Positions 13,101 to 24,578 of a stretch of 64,000 bases of DNA are shown piece after piece. Position 1 is the stretch's first letter, and each line of letters begins with the position of its first letter. The position numbers and the translations under genes are program-made. A model generated the notes under the pieces. That model was not told where the DNA came from, ran no database searches, and worked only from the letters and a program-made list of their open reading frames with translations. The stretch is from Antedon mediterranea. Its lineage: Eukaryota; Animalia; Echinodermata. Location of the stretch: assembly GCF_964355755.1 (NCBI RefSeq), contig NC_092677.1, forward strand, positions 16,886,101-16,950,100, written 5' to 3'.

Positions 13101-14718
13101 CCTCTTTTCAACTCATTAATTATTGAGCAGAACTGGGAAGACGACATAAATCGTGGAAAATTAAGAGCAATCAATTTAGGAAACCTTTTGATAAGCTTTG
13201 CGAATGTAACTGCTGATTTGTCAGTTTTAAGGAAAAGTTCAGGTGCTTCAATCTTCATGATCATGATGTTTGGTGGTTTTATCAATTTCAACATAGAATG
13301 CACACATTCCAGTACATCTGTACTTTCTTTTCTTGTGCCACCTAATTCCAAATATGTATGCTTAGACACTATTTTGCCTAGTTTCTCCAAAACTTCTACC
13401 TTATTCTTGCAATCCTCTAAACATGTCGCAGTGAGGGTGTAATTCTGTACACTATTCTCAACAAATAGTTTCAACAGATCATACGATTTGTTGTCAGCAT
13501 CTAAGAGTCCCGTCAAAAACCTAGTGACCATCTTCATTTGATTGGACATCAATAAGACAACTGGATATGACTCGGATGTACTCTTCAAATAAAAGGCAGC
13601 TAAGAAATTAAGAATAATGTTGTGAACTGCTATGTATGATGGAATAACCTTGAGTGAAGCAGTTCTGGTTGATTGGGTTATTAAGCCAATACGCTCTGCT
13701 AACATTCCGTCTTCGGGATTCAGTTGAAATATGGTTGATTTTGTTGTAAGTGCACTTAATGCTGCTTTGCCAGTATTTGTCATAACATCAATATAATTCT
13801 GGGGTACATTTTGGAAAGTATCGAAGTGCGCCGACTTCCTTCCATTTTCTTTTCTGTCGTAACGTCGCAAAAGAAACATGCAAAATTGACTTAGTAGGTC
13901 AGTTTGTGTTAGTGGTACGCTGTCGTGAATTTTACGATACGATGCTTCCTGCCACATAAGACATATTATTACAGAAAATAGTGGACACTTCATTAATCCA
14001 ACAAAATTTGAATTGTTGAATTCTTTTACAAAGCATTCTTCTTCCGTCGGTCGGTTTTTGAAAAACACTTTTACATACTCTTTAATTTCAGCCTCAGAAA
14101 ACCCTGGTAACATGAAATGAGAATCAAACTGTACATTAGATTCAAGATTCTCTGATGTAGTTGTTGCAATAATGGTACTGAATGAGAGGTATTCTCCATT
14201 TAGAAACCCATCCAAAGCGGTTAAGACTTCATCGGATGCTTCATCCAAGCCATCAAGAATGAATATAAATTCACCAGAGTTGGATTTAATGTAATGCCAT
14301 ATGTCATCCTGAATAAGATTACTATTAAAAATGGTTGGCAATAGCTTAGGAAAAATTGCTCTTTCGACGATTTCTTCTTGACAGACCTTATCTGAACTTA
14401 TTTCATTTACTCTAAGAAAAAATGGTATTTTATTACCAAAAACAACATTTCTAGATGTTGCCCAATCATGAACAAGTTTTTTGCAAAATGTAGTTTTGCC
14501 AGAACCGGCTATTCCTTCAATCAAAACTTTCCTTGTTTCTCTATCTAAAAACTCAGTTGGCTTTACAGATTTTCCATTTTGCCTTTCTGTTAACTCAATC
14601 TCTATGTAGTTATCCGTAAGAGTATAGTTCATTGAATTGCCCATGTTTGGTTGCATGTAGTTCAGTTCTTTGTACTTCATTGTCAGCGCATTTCTTATTG
14701 CTGTCTTAATAACAGCCC
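10115..14718 (-). CDS. NLR terminal exon: NACHT + helical/WH domains + LRR-like region + 69-aa repeats
   Basis: 1521-aa ORF; splice acceptor (tttatag) at 14719-14720 adds (G)AVIKTAIRNALT before the Met of the ORF track. Confidence 0.93.
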
Positions 14719-17700
14719 CTATAAATTAATTGATAAACATGTTAAATTTTACAGTAAACAAGTACATAACTTTACTTTTTACTGTAATACATTATCGTCG
14801 CACACATTACATTCAGTTTTTAGTTAATAATTCAGCGTAGTTTTATTTTCTCTATTCTGTTCTGCATATTATTTACTCCTCTCACAGAATGCATCATGTC
14901 AAATGTTATTATATAACATTTAAGAATTCACTTTATCAATCAAAATTAAGGGAGACCGGGGCGCTTTGAAACAAATTTTTGTTTGTTGATAATAATTCTG
15001 AAAATAATAGTCTTAAAACTTCCAAAATGGTGTCAAAAGCAGGTAATGGGTGCCATTCATTATTACTAAAGTCAAAAAGAACAAAACTAATTTGGTAATT
15101 TTTTTAGGAGGCTAATTAACTTTAACTACTCCGGTGTTTCAATGTACCCCAGTCTAGAGGTCCATTGAAGTAATAATTAATGTAGTTAATACTGCTTACC
15201 ATTAATTTACCATGATTTACTAAAATTAGAATAGTCTCATAATTACCTATAAAAATCACATAAGCCCATATAAACACATTTTACCATTAAGAAAGGCTAG
15301 CACAAAAACACGTTTTGCTTGATTAATCAAAACTATTATGTTGTCCCATACTTCCCTTTGCATTGGTGGGGCAGTGTAGGTTGTGTATGGTCATAGAGTT
15401 GTCAGGGCATTTAAAACTTTCGCCCAATGTGTTCGTATGAAAATAAACGACTCTGTTTCAATGTGCCCGTGTTTCAAAGCGCCCTGGGGTCTGTTGAACC
15501 CACAAATGTGAAAACGCCCACAAATGTGAAAACAACCACAAATGTGAAAACGCATTACCCACAAATGTGAAAACGCATTACCCACAAATGTGAAAACGCA
15601 TCACCCACAAATGTGAAAACAACCACAAATGTGAAAACGCATCAACCACAAATGTGAAAACAGCGCCCACAAATGTGAAAACGATTATCGCCCACAAATG
15701 TGATAACGCCCACAAATGTAAAAAAAGAGAGACTTTTTCGCCCACAAATGTAAAAAAAATCAGATCAAATTTAATGCTAGATTCAGACAAACATTATATC
15801 ATGATTGTATTGAGTTGTTTGTTCACGATACGTCTGTTAGGATCGTCGTTAACACGTTGGATTATTATCATTTGCTGCTCGTGCGCGCGATATTTGCACG
15901 TTAACTCGTTTGTTTAATGAACGTAATAGTTCAAGACAATTTGCTGCGCGCGTGCACCATACTTCAAGGTCAAGGCCATGTTATATCATTGTTGCTTCTA
16001 GTGTGTGGTTGCTGGCTTACTATTATGTACGTATAGTTATAAGTCGATGTTCGTTATTTTTTTTGCGCGCGCACACGATACAACAAGGTCAAGGTTCAAT
16101 TGCTACTTGTATGTAGTGTGTGGTTATTAACTCGTTGGCTTACTGTTATGTACGTATAGTTCCAAGTCGATGCTCGATTCGATGTTTTTGGGCGCGTACA
16201 CGATACCACAAGGTCAAGGTCATATATACTATTGCTACTTGTGGTTGTTAACTCGTTGGCTTATTGTTATGTACGTATAGTTCCAAGTCGATGGTCGATT
16301 CGATGTTTTTTGTGCGCGTGCACGATACTACAAGGTCATATATCATTGCTGCTTGAAGTGCAGTTGGGCTTACTATATTAGTATTATGTACGTATTATAG
16401 CTCCAAGTCGATGCTCGGTGTACACGATACTACAAGATCAATGCTATACTCGTCGTTCAGTTATTGCAGTAGTTCCTAATGTTCAATTTTTTTACAAAAC
16501 TATAACCACAAGATAATAATACAAGAGCTAGAGCAAGAACAACTAATAAAAGAATATTTCTTTATTTTAAAGCGATAAACAAATCCGTATTACACTACAT
16601 ACAAGTAGCAATTTAACCTTGACCTTTTAGTATCGTGTGCACGCGCAAAAAACTATACGTACATAATAGTAAGCCAACAACCACACACTAGAAGCAACAA
16701 TGATATAACATGGCCTTGACCTTGAAGTATGGTGCACGCGCGCAGCAAATAACAAATATTGTCTTGAACTATTACGTTCATTAAACAAACGAGTTAACGT
16801 GCCAATATCGCGCGCATGAGCAGCAAATTATAATAATCCAACGCGTTAACCACGACCCTAACAGACGTATCGTGAACAAACAATTATTGAAACAACTCAA
16901 TACAGTCATGATATAATGTAGTACCTCGATCAAAATTGTTTGAGTCTAGCATTAAATTTGATCTGATTTTTTTTTTTACATTTGTGGCCGAAAAATTCTC
17001 TTTTTTTTTTACATTTGTGGGCGTTATCACATTTGTGGGCGATGATCGTTTTCACATTTGTGGGCGCTGTTTATTACATTTGTGGTTGATGCGTTTTCAC
17101 ATTTGTGGTTGTTTTCACATTTGTGGGTGATGCGTTTTCACATTTGTGGTTGTTTTCACATTTGTGGGTGATGCGTTTTCACATTTGTGGTTGTTTTCAC
17201 ATTTGTGGGCGTTTTTACATTTGTGGGTTCAACAGGGTCCCCTATTCTTCAAAATCATGCATACAGTACGTACCTCGTGGTGGTAAGTCGATGACCATAT
17301 CAGTTGTACTCTGATGACAAACTTCAGGACAGATGTCTAATAGAAAATAAATTCGTTTATATGGGAATAATTATAATGTGATTGGTTTGTGTCAGTTTTC
17401 TGGACTTTACTACAATTAACTTGAAAAGTAATACGACTCCTACAGTGTTTGTGATACAGAAGAAAAATTACATACCATTATATGTTTCAGGCTCGATATC
17501 AGGTGATGATATTATTGGATAATTATCTGAAGTGAAAAAACTACAGTATAAATAACCACATGAAATACCGTTTGCATTGGGAATTATTTAAAATATCGTA
17601 ATGTCGAAATGTGATAGATGTTAGCTATTGTGATCTTATATTTATTTTTAACATTGTACTAAAAATTATTCATTAATGTCACACATGACCTTAATTATGA

Positions 17701-18201
17701 CAGGCTTTTATGTTTATGGTGATAATTAAAATAACTGATTAATGTATATATTTTAAATATAAGAATAATAATAATATAAATAAAAATAATAAATTCGTGA
17801 ATAAAAATACTGAAAGATGAGGGCGTATCAATTTGATCTCTGGTGCGCGTGCGTACAACTGAGGACTAGTGCTGTTCCACCGTACCACGCCGAGAGTGTT
17901 AAAGAGTCGCTATCCAATCGAGTTTGAACAATACCATGAAAGCCCCAGTGGTCTAATGGTTAGGACATCTGCATATCAAGCAGGCGGTCCGAGTTCGAGT
18001 CTCGGTTGGGGCGACTTTTTCTCATTCTCACAGATTTCCTCATCTTTATCGTTTCAAATTAATTAATTAAAATTTCAGTATATCACCGGGCGGTTTAGAA
18101 TTAATGTTCATTGCCTGATGTGTTTATATATATACATATAAACAAATCAGGCAAAGAACATTAATTCTAAACCGCCCGGTGATATACTGAAATATAATTA
18201 A

Positions 18202-18239
<38 letters not shown>

Positions 18240-21200
18240 GACTAAAACAAATACTCACGATCACAATAGCACAAATCAGGGTAATCTTCTCCGTCAATGT
18301 TGACCTTGAAAATACCAAGCTCACACAGTGTCGTGGGATCATAAAGTACTGCATCCCTTATAGCATTAACATTTTCTTTTGGAATATCCAATGTTATACA
18401 CGTACAACCTTTCTCTACTCCATTGACAACGCAGTCAAATGTTATGTGATAAAAGTTTTTAATTTCTTCCACTAAATCATCTACCTCATCTTTACTCAAC
18501 TGTTCAGGACTACACTTTAGTTTAAACTTCACTCTTGTAAAATCAACATCTAGTGAGTATAATATAACATAACAAGAAAGTTAGAACATTATTGCACTTC
18601 GAGCTCTTGGCTAGCTTGGTAACGTGCATTAGCATTTAAAACGAATTGAGATTGTAAATAGATTGCATCTAGTTGCTTTAAAGCTCAGGTACAGGCATGA
18701 ATTTTAAATATAATATTTGGTTAATTGTACATAAATCAAATATTTGTTACAGAAATCAAGACGAAAAAACATGAATTTCCCTTAATATGGCCAAATACAA
18801 AATTTTGCAAAATTCTTCCATAAAAACCAGGAAGACCTTTTTTCAGTAAGTTAGGTAGTTAACCTAATGTAATAACATGTCTTGTGATTCCCTAGAAGGT
18901 GAAAAAAGATGGTGGATATACGGTGGATAATTTTTGCTATAGCATGATAATAAAAATTTCAAGTTGAATAAAAATTCCAGAAATGTAATATTCAAGTTAT
19001 ATTACCTATACTTAGTCATCTGATAACATTTTTTACCACACTGTTTATTTTTCGGAGCTTTTTAAAATGCCTCTCTATTTACAAAATTTGTGTACAAAAG
19101 AATAGAGATTTTACTGTGTAATTTGAACTATCCCCCCCACTGATAAGAAAGTGCTTATTTTCAACAAGGTCGTGTAACACAAATAAAATCCCAAAAATTA
19201 TGAAACATAGGGGAAACTATAGATCGATAATTATTGGAATGTATGATCAATAGAAATTTTTTGCCCGCACCTGGCCTTTAACTTACCCGGTAATAGTGAA
19301 CTCTCAAACAGGTGCACCACATAATCATTATTTTTACCATAATCTTCTACTCTTCTATACAGGTCATTGCACTTCAATTTTATTAAAAGCGACTGAAGAC
19401 AACATACATTTGTTCTTCGAAGTAGTAGAGGACTCTCTCGCAAGTGGCGTACTAACTTTTCTGGATTGTCAATTGTGTTTGAATAAACTGTATACAAAGA
19501 AAACAAGATGGCGTTTACGTAATACCATGGCTTAAACAGTGTTATCTTTCTGACATTTTCTGATGATTATAAATTCGTTAAAACTTTTCAAATTAGTAAA
19601 AGTTGAGTTATTTACAGTGTGAAGCACTGCTGTATAGCAATATTTTATATTATAACAGACCTAAGTTTATACTTCCCATTTGATTGGTAGATTACGTTCG
19701 GAAAGTGATTATTGAACATTCATTTTTTTGAAAATATTTTCTTAATTTTGCGCCACCCTAGGCTAGGACTGTTTGGCGTTTAAAAACCAAACTTTAGTGT
19801 GCTTGTGTAGTCTGCACAAAAAGAAATCAGAGTGTTGTCTTTTTAAATGGCCTAATTTAATGAAAATTAATTAATGAATGTTTGGTATTCGTTGAATAGG
19901 AAAGAATATTCGTTCGTTTAAAAAATGTCCACATTCAACTCATAAACATTACAGTATTTGTATATTCAATTTAATTGTATTATGTCTTACCGTTCAGTAA
20001 TCTCTTTGCTCTATTCAACACATTTGGTGGGAAGTTTTCTTCTATATAAAGAAGCATTTCCTCAAACTCAAAATCGGGGATTTTTTCTGATGCATTTGGC
20101 TTTGTCATGTCTGGAAAAATAGAGGTAATGCACTGTAAGTCAGTCAAGTTTGTTTTTTTGTTTTTTAATCATTGTAGTATAAACTAAAAAAGCACCCAAA
20201 GCATATCTAAATAATCTGTACGGTAACTTTAAGCAAATTTAAACTAAACTAGAATTTAATTCGTCACTTTGACGAATTATAGGTATTTTTTTTTTAAACA
20301 TCCATATACATTAAATACGATCGCAAACATGTTCATCCTATGACCCAATGCCTATTATAGTATGCTCATATTCTTGAGTTGTGCCTATTATGTGTCATAT
20401 TATATAATGGCTTCGCTCGCGTACCATCTAGGTCGTGCCCACAGATGTTTCTCGAATACAGAGTAATTTCAGCGTAAAAAAAATGTTCTTTTTAGTCGCG
20501 TGGAAGCGACTCTATAGTTCACTATGTCGGTCGGTCGGTCTGTCGGTCGGTCGGTCTGTCTGTCGGTCCGGTATCACTATGCGTTTTATCGCTTTCTGAC
20601 CTTATCTTGATATCAGTTTAATCTAGCTAGGTCAATTTTTCACAGTATATTCCTTATGGCCAGGAATCAATGTGGTTATGTTTTCACGGTGCGCAATAAA
20701 AAATTACGCGGTCTACGCACGATTTAACGAAATCACGTTTGTAATCATATCTTCACAACCATGAATCACAATTAAATAAAATTTGGTACTTATAAATTTC
20801 AGGGCATAAATCATCATATGGCAATACAATTACGTGCGTAGCGCATGTAACGCATGCGTACGCGCGCTTAACATTTTCAAAATTTATTTTCGATGAAATA
20901 AGAGTACATTTCAGGCAATTTTAAGCGTTTACAAAATTGCCATGAGTGCGCATATTTTTGCTCGCGCTCTGCGCGTTAAATGTTATTGCGCACTCTTTTT
21001 GCCCGATTTCTGTTTTCTTGACTTACTTTTCAACTCGAAATTACGTTATACGAGCACGTCGAAAGTGACAGGCTACGCACGTGTAAATTAAAAAAAAATA
21101 AATGTTTTTAAACATTTCAACATTTTTAAACATGTTCAGTAATTTCGGTCAGTATAGTTCACTATGTCGGTCAGTCGGTCTCTCCGTCTGTCTGTCTGTC

Positions 21201-22977
21201 GGTCTGTCTGTCGGTCTGTCGGTCTGTCTGTCGGTCCGGTATCACTATGCATTGTAGCACGCGACTTAATGGCTGTTGGCCTTGTTTTATGTACGTACCG
21301 CAGGATTATGATAGTTATTGTTGTTGTTACCAGAAACGAATGAATAGACACGATGATTTATGTAAAAAACTAAAATTAGCACCATGGGAATTATTTCCAC
21401 AAAAAAAAACTTGTCACAAAATGAGTTCAAATTTTGGATTTGGACTTATTAGGGTTGATGGATGAGGAAGAGGATGGGTACAAAGAAAAACAATTTTTAA
21501 ATATTTTCTTTATCTACTCAATAACGAAATATTTTTGTTTTATAGGCCTATAATGTGATTAATGTTTTAGCGAACTAGTATAACATGAGTAGACCCCGAC
21601 AAAAGCCAAATAATAATTTTAAATGCCATTATTTAAGACAAGTTGGACTACAGTAGTTGTATCAAATATATAATAATGAATAAGCCAAATAATAATTAAG
21701 GAATTTCATTATTTAAGGTAAGGTGACACGGTAGTGGTATCAAATACATAATATAATGTTACAAATTGAATTACTGTGCTTATGTGGTGTTGTGTATAAA
21801 TTAACGTTTACAACCTTTCACAAAAGGTATATTTGCCATTCCATCACATATACAGTAGTATGTATTGTTTTTTTTAATTGAAATAATCATCATTATGTTG
21901 ACTGCTTATAATGTTTAATTTACCTGCCACGCATCTCGCTAGGCCATCTTTTCCAATAGCTTTAAGCTGTTCTGCTAGTTTCATTCTTGAGCCTATTACT
22001 TGAGTTTTCTGCCTCCATTTACGTAGCATGGTCACTATTGTAAATAGTTTTGATTCTTTGTTGTCTGCTATGAGATCTTGAATTTCAGGAACTTCAAAGC
22101 CGAGCTTGAGTGCCAGATTCGTCCATTCATCGCCATTGAGTTTCTCGGCAATTGTAGAAAACTCTTTGTCGGTAACTAAGAAAGAATGTATGGATTATCG
22201 ATATTAATATTGATATTATTTATTTTATTGAAAGAATGACACAATGAACTATTAAAGATTTACAAACATGGATCAGCATTTGATTTGTTTGTATATGCTG
22301 TTTGCTGTGATTTTCTATGCTGTTTTTAAAGGAACCCATTGGAATGAAGTTGATTTTATGGGCTATCCTTGGTTTCTTATTCAATCTATTTGATTGTAAA
22401 TTGTTTTTATTTATATTGTCTTGTAATCTTGTGTTGAAATCGAATAAAATCGAATCATCTAATCATTCTCAAAAAGGCATAGATGATTACAATCCTATCT
22501 ATAATACACATCATACATGCAATTTTTATATTAACTCCATATTTTAAAATGTATTGAGTTACCAAGGAACAACTTGTATGTAATGAACAATCATTGACTT
22601 ATCTATCATCTCCTTAAATTATCCGCCTAGGCTTACGATATGAATATAAATTATATGACTTTTTATACTTACTGACGCCTTTATCAGTTTTTCTTCGTTT
22701 CGCTTCACAATCTACAAAACAAAAGTAAACCATTTTACCAGCAAACACGAAACATAATAATGATCATCGTACCCATGAATGTTTTATAGAATAAAATGTG
22801 TAAGATTTCTTTTTAAAAAGATTTTCAATATACGTCCTAGTTATGTAGTTGAATGTGTATTTATTACTATTTTATTCCATTTAAACAGAAAAAAAACCCA
22901 GAAAACTTACACAAAAAATCTAAACTTACCAACTAAATTATCTTGAGCATGGCGCTTTTGTCCTTTATTTTGCCCAT
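10115..22977 (-). CDS. NLR-family protein: Death domain - DED - TRADD-N-like - NACHT - LRR-like (multi-exon, start exon uncertain)
   Basis: Exons with GT-AG ends, all phase 1, splice into one open frame of about 1890 codons: 22930-22977, 22673-22711, 21924-22175, 19991-20110, 19287-19487, 18259-18549, 17476-17526, 17274-17336, 10115-14718. NACHT motifs: Walker A GIAGSGKTT, Walker B FIFILDGLDE, CPLF, FLAAFYL; LxxLxL-type repeats follow. Confidence 0.88.
10572..11790 (-). repeat. Coding 207-bp (69-aa) tandem repeat x6 inside the NLR
   Basis: Unit like FMEETAVEENSKYVLGDITPEGHCLQTGYMKHECTNLPIYSRPEHYNLEERNTPEGLNSFQDEQYKNNT; 207-nt period in DNA; last copy shortened but in frame. Confidence 0.95.
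14950..17243. mobile_element. Older MITE (TIR gggagaccggggcgctttgaaaca) interrupted in its right TIR
   Basis: Left TIR ~14950-14973; right TIR tgtttcaaagcgccctggggtc at ~15470-15491 is completed by ccct at 17240-17243 after the nested element. Confidence 0.6.
15492..17234. mobile_element. Foldback-like non-autonomous DNA transposon, TGT...ACA termini, 5-bp TSD (Ginger-like)
   Basis: Ends tgttgaaccc...gggttcaaca; TSD GGGTC at 15487-15491 and 17235-17239; ~600-bp inverted arms carrying arrays of cccacaaatgtgaaaacg; ~120-bp internal tandem repeats at ~15950-16450. Confidence 0.85.
17942..18013 (+). tRNA. tRNA-Asp(ATC)-like cloverleaf, probably repeat-borne or a pseudogene
   Basis: Acceptor gccccag/ttggggc, D stem gtct/ggac, anticodon stem tctgc/gcagg with loop atATCaa, T stem ccgag/ctcgg with loop ttcgagt; TTTTT begins at 18016. 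Confidence 0.6.
18072..18193. repeat. Long near-perfect inverted repeat (~57-bp arms) centred on a TA tract
   Basis: atttcagtatatcaccgggcggtttagaattaatgttc.ttgcctgat.tgtttatat and its reverse complement; (TA)n follows at ~18206-18233. Confidence 0.9.
18259..18549 (-). CDS. NLR exon: TRADD-N-like alpha/beta domain
   Basis: DFTRVKFKLKCSPEQLSKDEVDDLVEEIKNFYHITFDCVVNGVEKGCTCITLDIPKENVNAIRDAVLYDPTTLCELGIFKVNIDG; the V.kGC..IT..IP and L..LGI..V.I pattern resembles TRADD-like N-terminal domains. Confidence 0.6.
19287..20110 (-). CDS. NLR exons (19991-20110, 19287-19487): death effector domain-like
   Basis: FEEMLLYIEENFPPNVLNRAKRLLN-VYSNTIDNPEKLVRHLRESPLLLRRTNVCCLQSLLIKLKCNDLYRRVEDY follows DED helix spacing; the RxDL motif appears as CNDL. 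Confidence 0.7.
20489..21288 (+). mobile_element. Helentron/HINE (DINE-1-like) non-autonomous element
   Basis: T-run start, subterminal inverted repeat agtcgcgtg/cacgcgact, (GTCG/GTCT)n microsatellite in two core copies, 3' hairpin ggctgttggcc followed by ttgtttt. Confidence 0.8.
21924..22175 (-). CDS. NLR exon: Death domain (absent from the ORF track)
   Basis: TDKEFSTIAEKLNGDEWTNLALKLGFEVPEIQDLIADNKESKLFTIVTMLRKWRQKTQVIGSRMKLAEQLKAIGKDGLARCV: W..LA..LG...EI, ML..W and L...L..IG..LA Death-domain signature; 252 nt, GT-AG. Confidence 0.9.
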
Positions 22978-24435
22978 CTATATTATGAATTAACAAATTA
23001 AAATAATTGTTATATTACAGCTTGTGAGTTTTCCTTTGCGTTTTTATTCATAATACGAAGATCAATGTTGTTACGGTTGCCGCTATATACAGGAGAATTA
23101 GGCCTAAATGAGTATGAGTATGAGGTGAAATTTCTGATGACGTGAAAATTCAACAGCATTTAGAAAGTAAAGGAAGTTTCTGGGATGTTTGAAAAGGGGT
23201 ATGGGGTGGAGGTATCCCTCGAAAAAAATTTCCTTTAAACTTTTGTTTTCCTGTTTAATCTTCATAGGGGGATCAGAACCGGGTCGGCCCTATCTTAATC
23301 AGCATGCAAATTGATTTAGTTTAGAAACGTACTTTCTAATAGGCCTACACCATCAGAACTTGAAGAAAGATCCTGTACTTGAGGTTCAGTCATTCTAATT
23401 AGAAATAATAAAATAACATCATATTTATTGAATTGTAGATTAACAGATTTAATATAATTATTCTATTTTTATTTATAGGCATCTTAAATGCAATCAGTAA
23501 TCTGAGGTTTACTGCACTCTACCGGCCTGTTTTAGATCATTGATGATACAAAACATAATGACGGATGTTCGAAAAAAAAAGTAAAAAATAAACCATGTGT
23601 CAAATTAATATAAAATGACAATAGCCGTCATATTTCAGATTTGTAGTTCACTCAGTGTTCTCTCAATACAGTACCGAATCATTGGTATACTATACTGAAC
23701 TAATCTAAAGAAAATCTGCTTCATGAGAACACTGATACACTGTTTGTAATATTCCTATCGTTACAATTTCATTCATTAGGCAATTCAGAAAATCACGTCG
23801 TTTTGTTGACAACGATGGAGTAATCCCCCAGGTCTTAAATATTTCGTATTCTGGAACCCATTCATTTAAATTCTGAAATAGGCTTATAGGTCAGAGTATT
23901 ATTTTGAAAAAATAGTTGTTTTCCCTATTTGAGAGAGATAATAATCTATAACGGACGTACGTTTCCAATGGAACGGAGATTTATAGTTAATATATAGATA
24001 TAAATAGTTATTTACAATAACATTATGTTATCACTCTATTTTATTACTTCCGTCGAGAAACCTCAGCGTATTAAATACTCCTGCACACATTGCGATTGTT
24101 AGAAGCAATTTCATGGCGACAACCCCATAACATACAGGTATGTTTGTGTACTGTCAAAACCCTTGTTTTAGGGAGTTACGTATGTGTACTGTCAAAACCT
24201 TTGTTTTGGAGAGTTGTTTGCATCTCTAATGGCTGTTGGCCGGTTTAGTTATTCAAATCAATATCAAGCGAACGCAAGCATAATGACTTACACTGGCTAA
24301 CGGTAGCAGGAGTACTAATTCATTTCAAGATTTTTAGGGTATATTTTTATATAGTCTTATGATGAGAGATCTCCTGTTCTGTATATTTAGATATCATGTT
24401 CCGGTTAATCCGGTTAACTATTGTACAAACAACCA

Positions 24436-24578
24436 TTTTTAGTCGCGTGGACGCGACTCTATAGTTCACTATGTCGGTCGGTCGGTCTGTCGGTCTGTCG
24501 GTCTGTCGGTCTGTCTGTCTGTCGGTCCGGTATCACTATGCGTTTTAGCACGCGACTTATGGCTGTTGGCCTTGTTTT
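24436..24578 (+). mobile_element. Short copy of the same HINE family
   Basis: Same termini, microsatellite and hairpin as 20489-21288, with a single core. Confidence 0.85.

Noticed and set aside
10567-13442. Plus-strand ORFs inside the NLR exon
   Set aside because: Antisense shadows of the long minus-strand ORF.
15391-17314. ORFs with FHICG/FSHLW repeats
   Set aside because: Translations of the subterminal repeats of the foldback element.
17942-18013. Selenocysteine or opal-suppressor tRNA (TCA visible in the loop)
   Set aside because: Stem register puts ATC at the anticodon, and there is no long variable arm.
23640-23872. Possible extra NLR exon
   Set aside because: The only open frame is in the wrong phase and ends in a stop.
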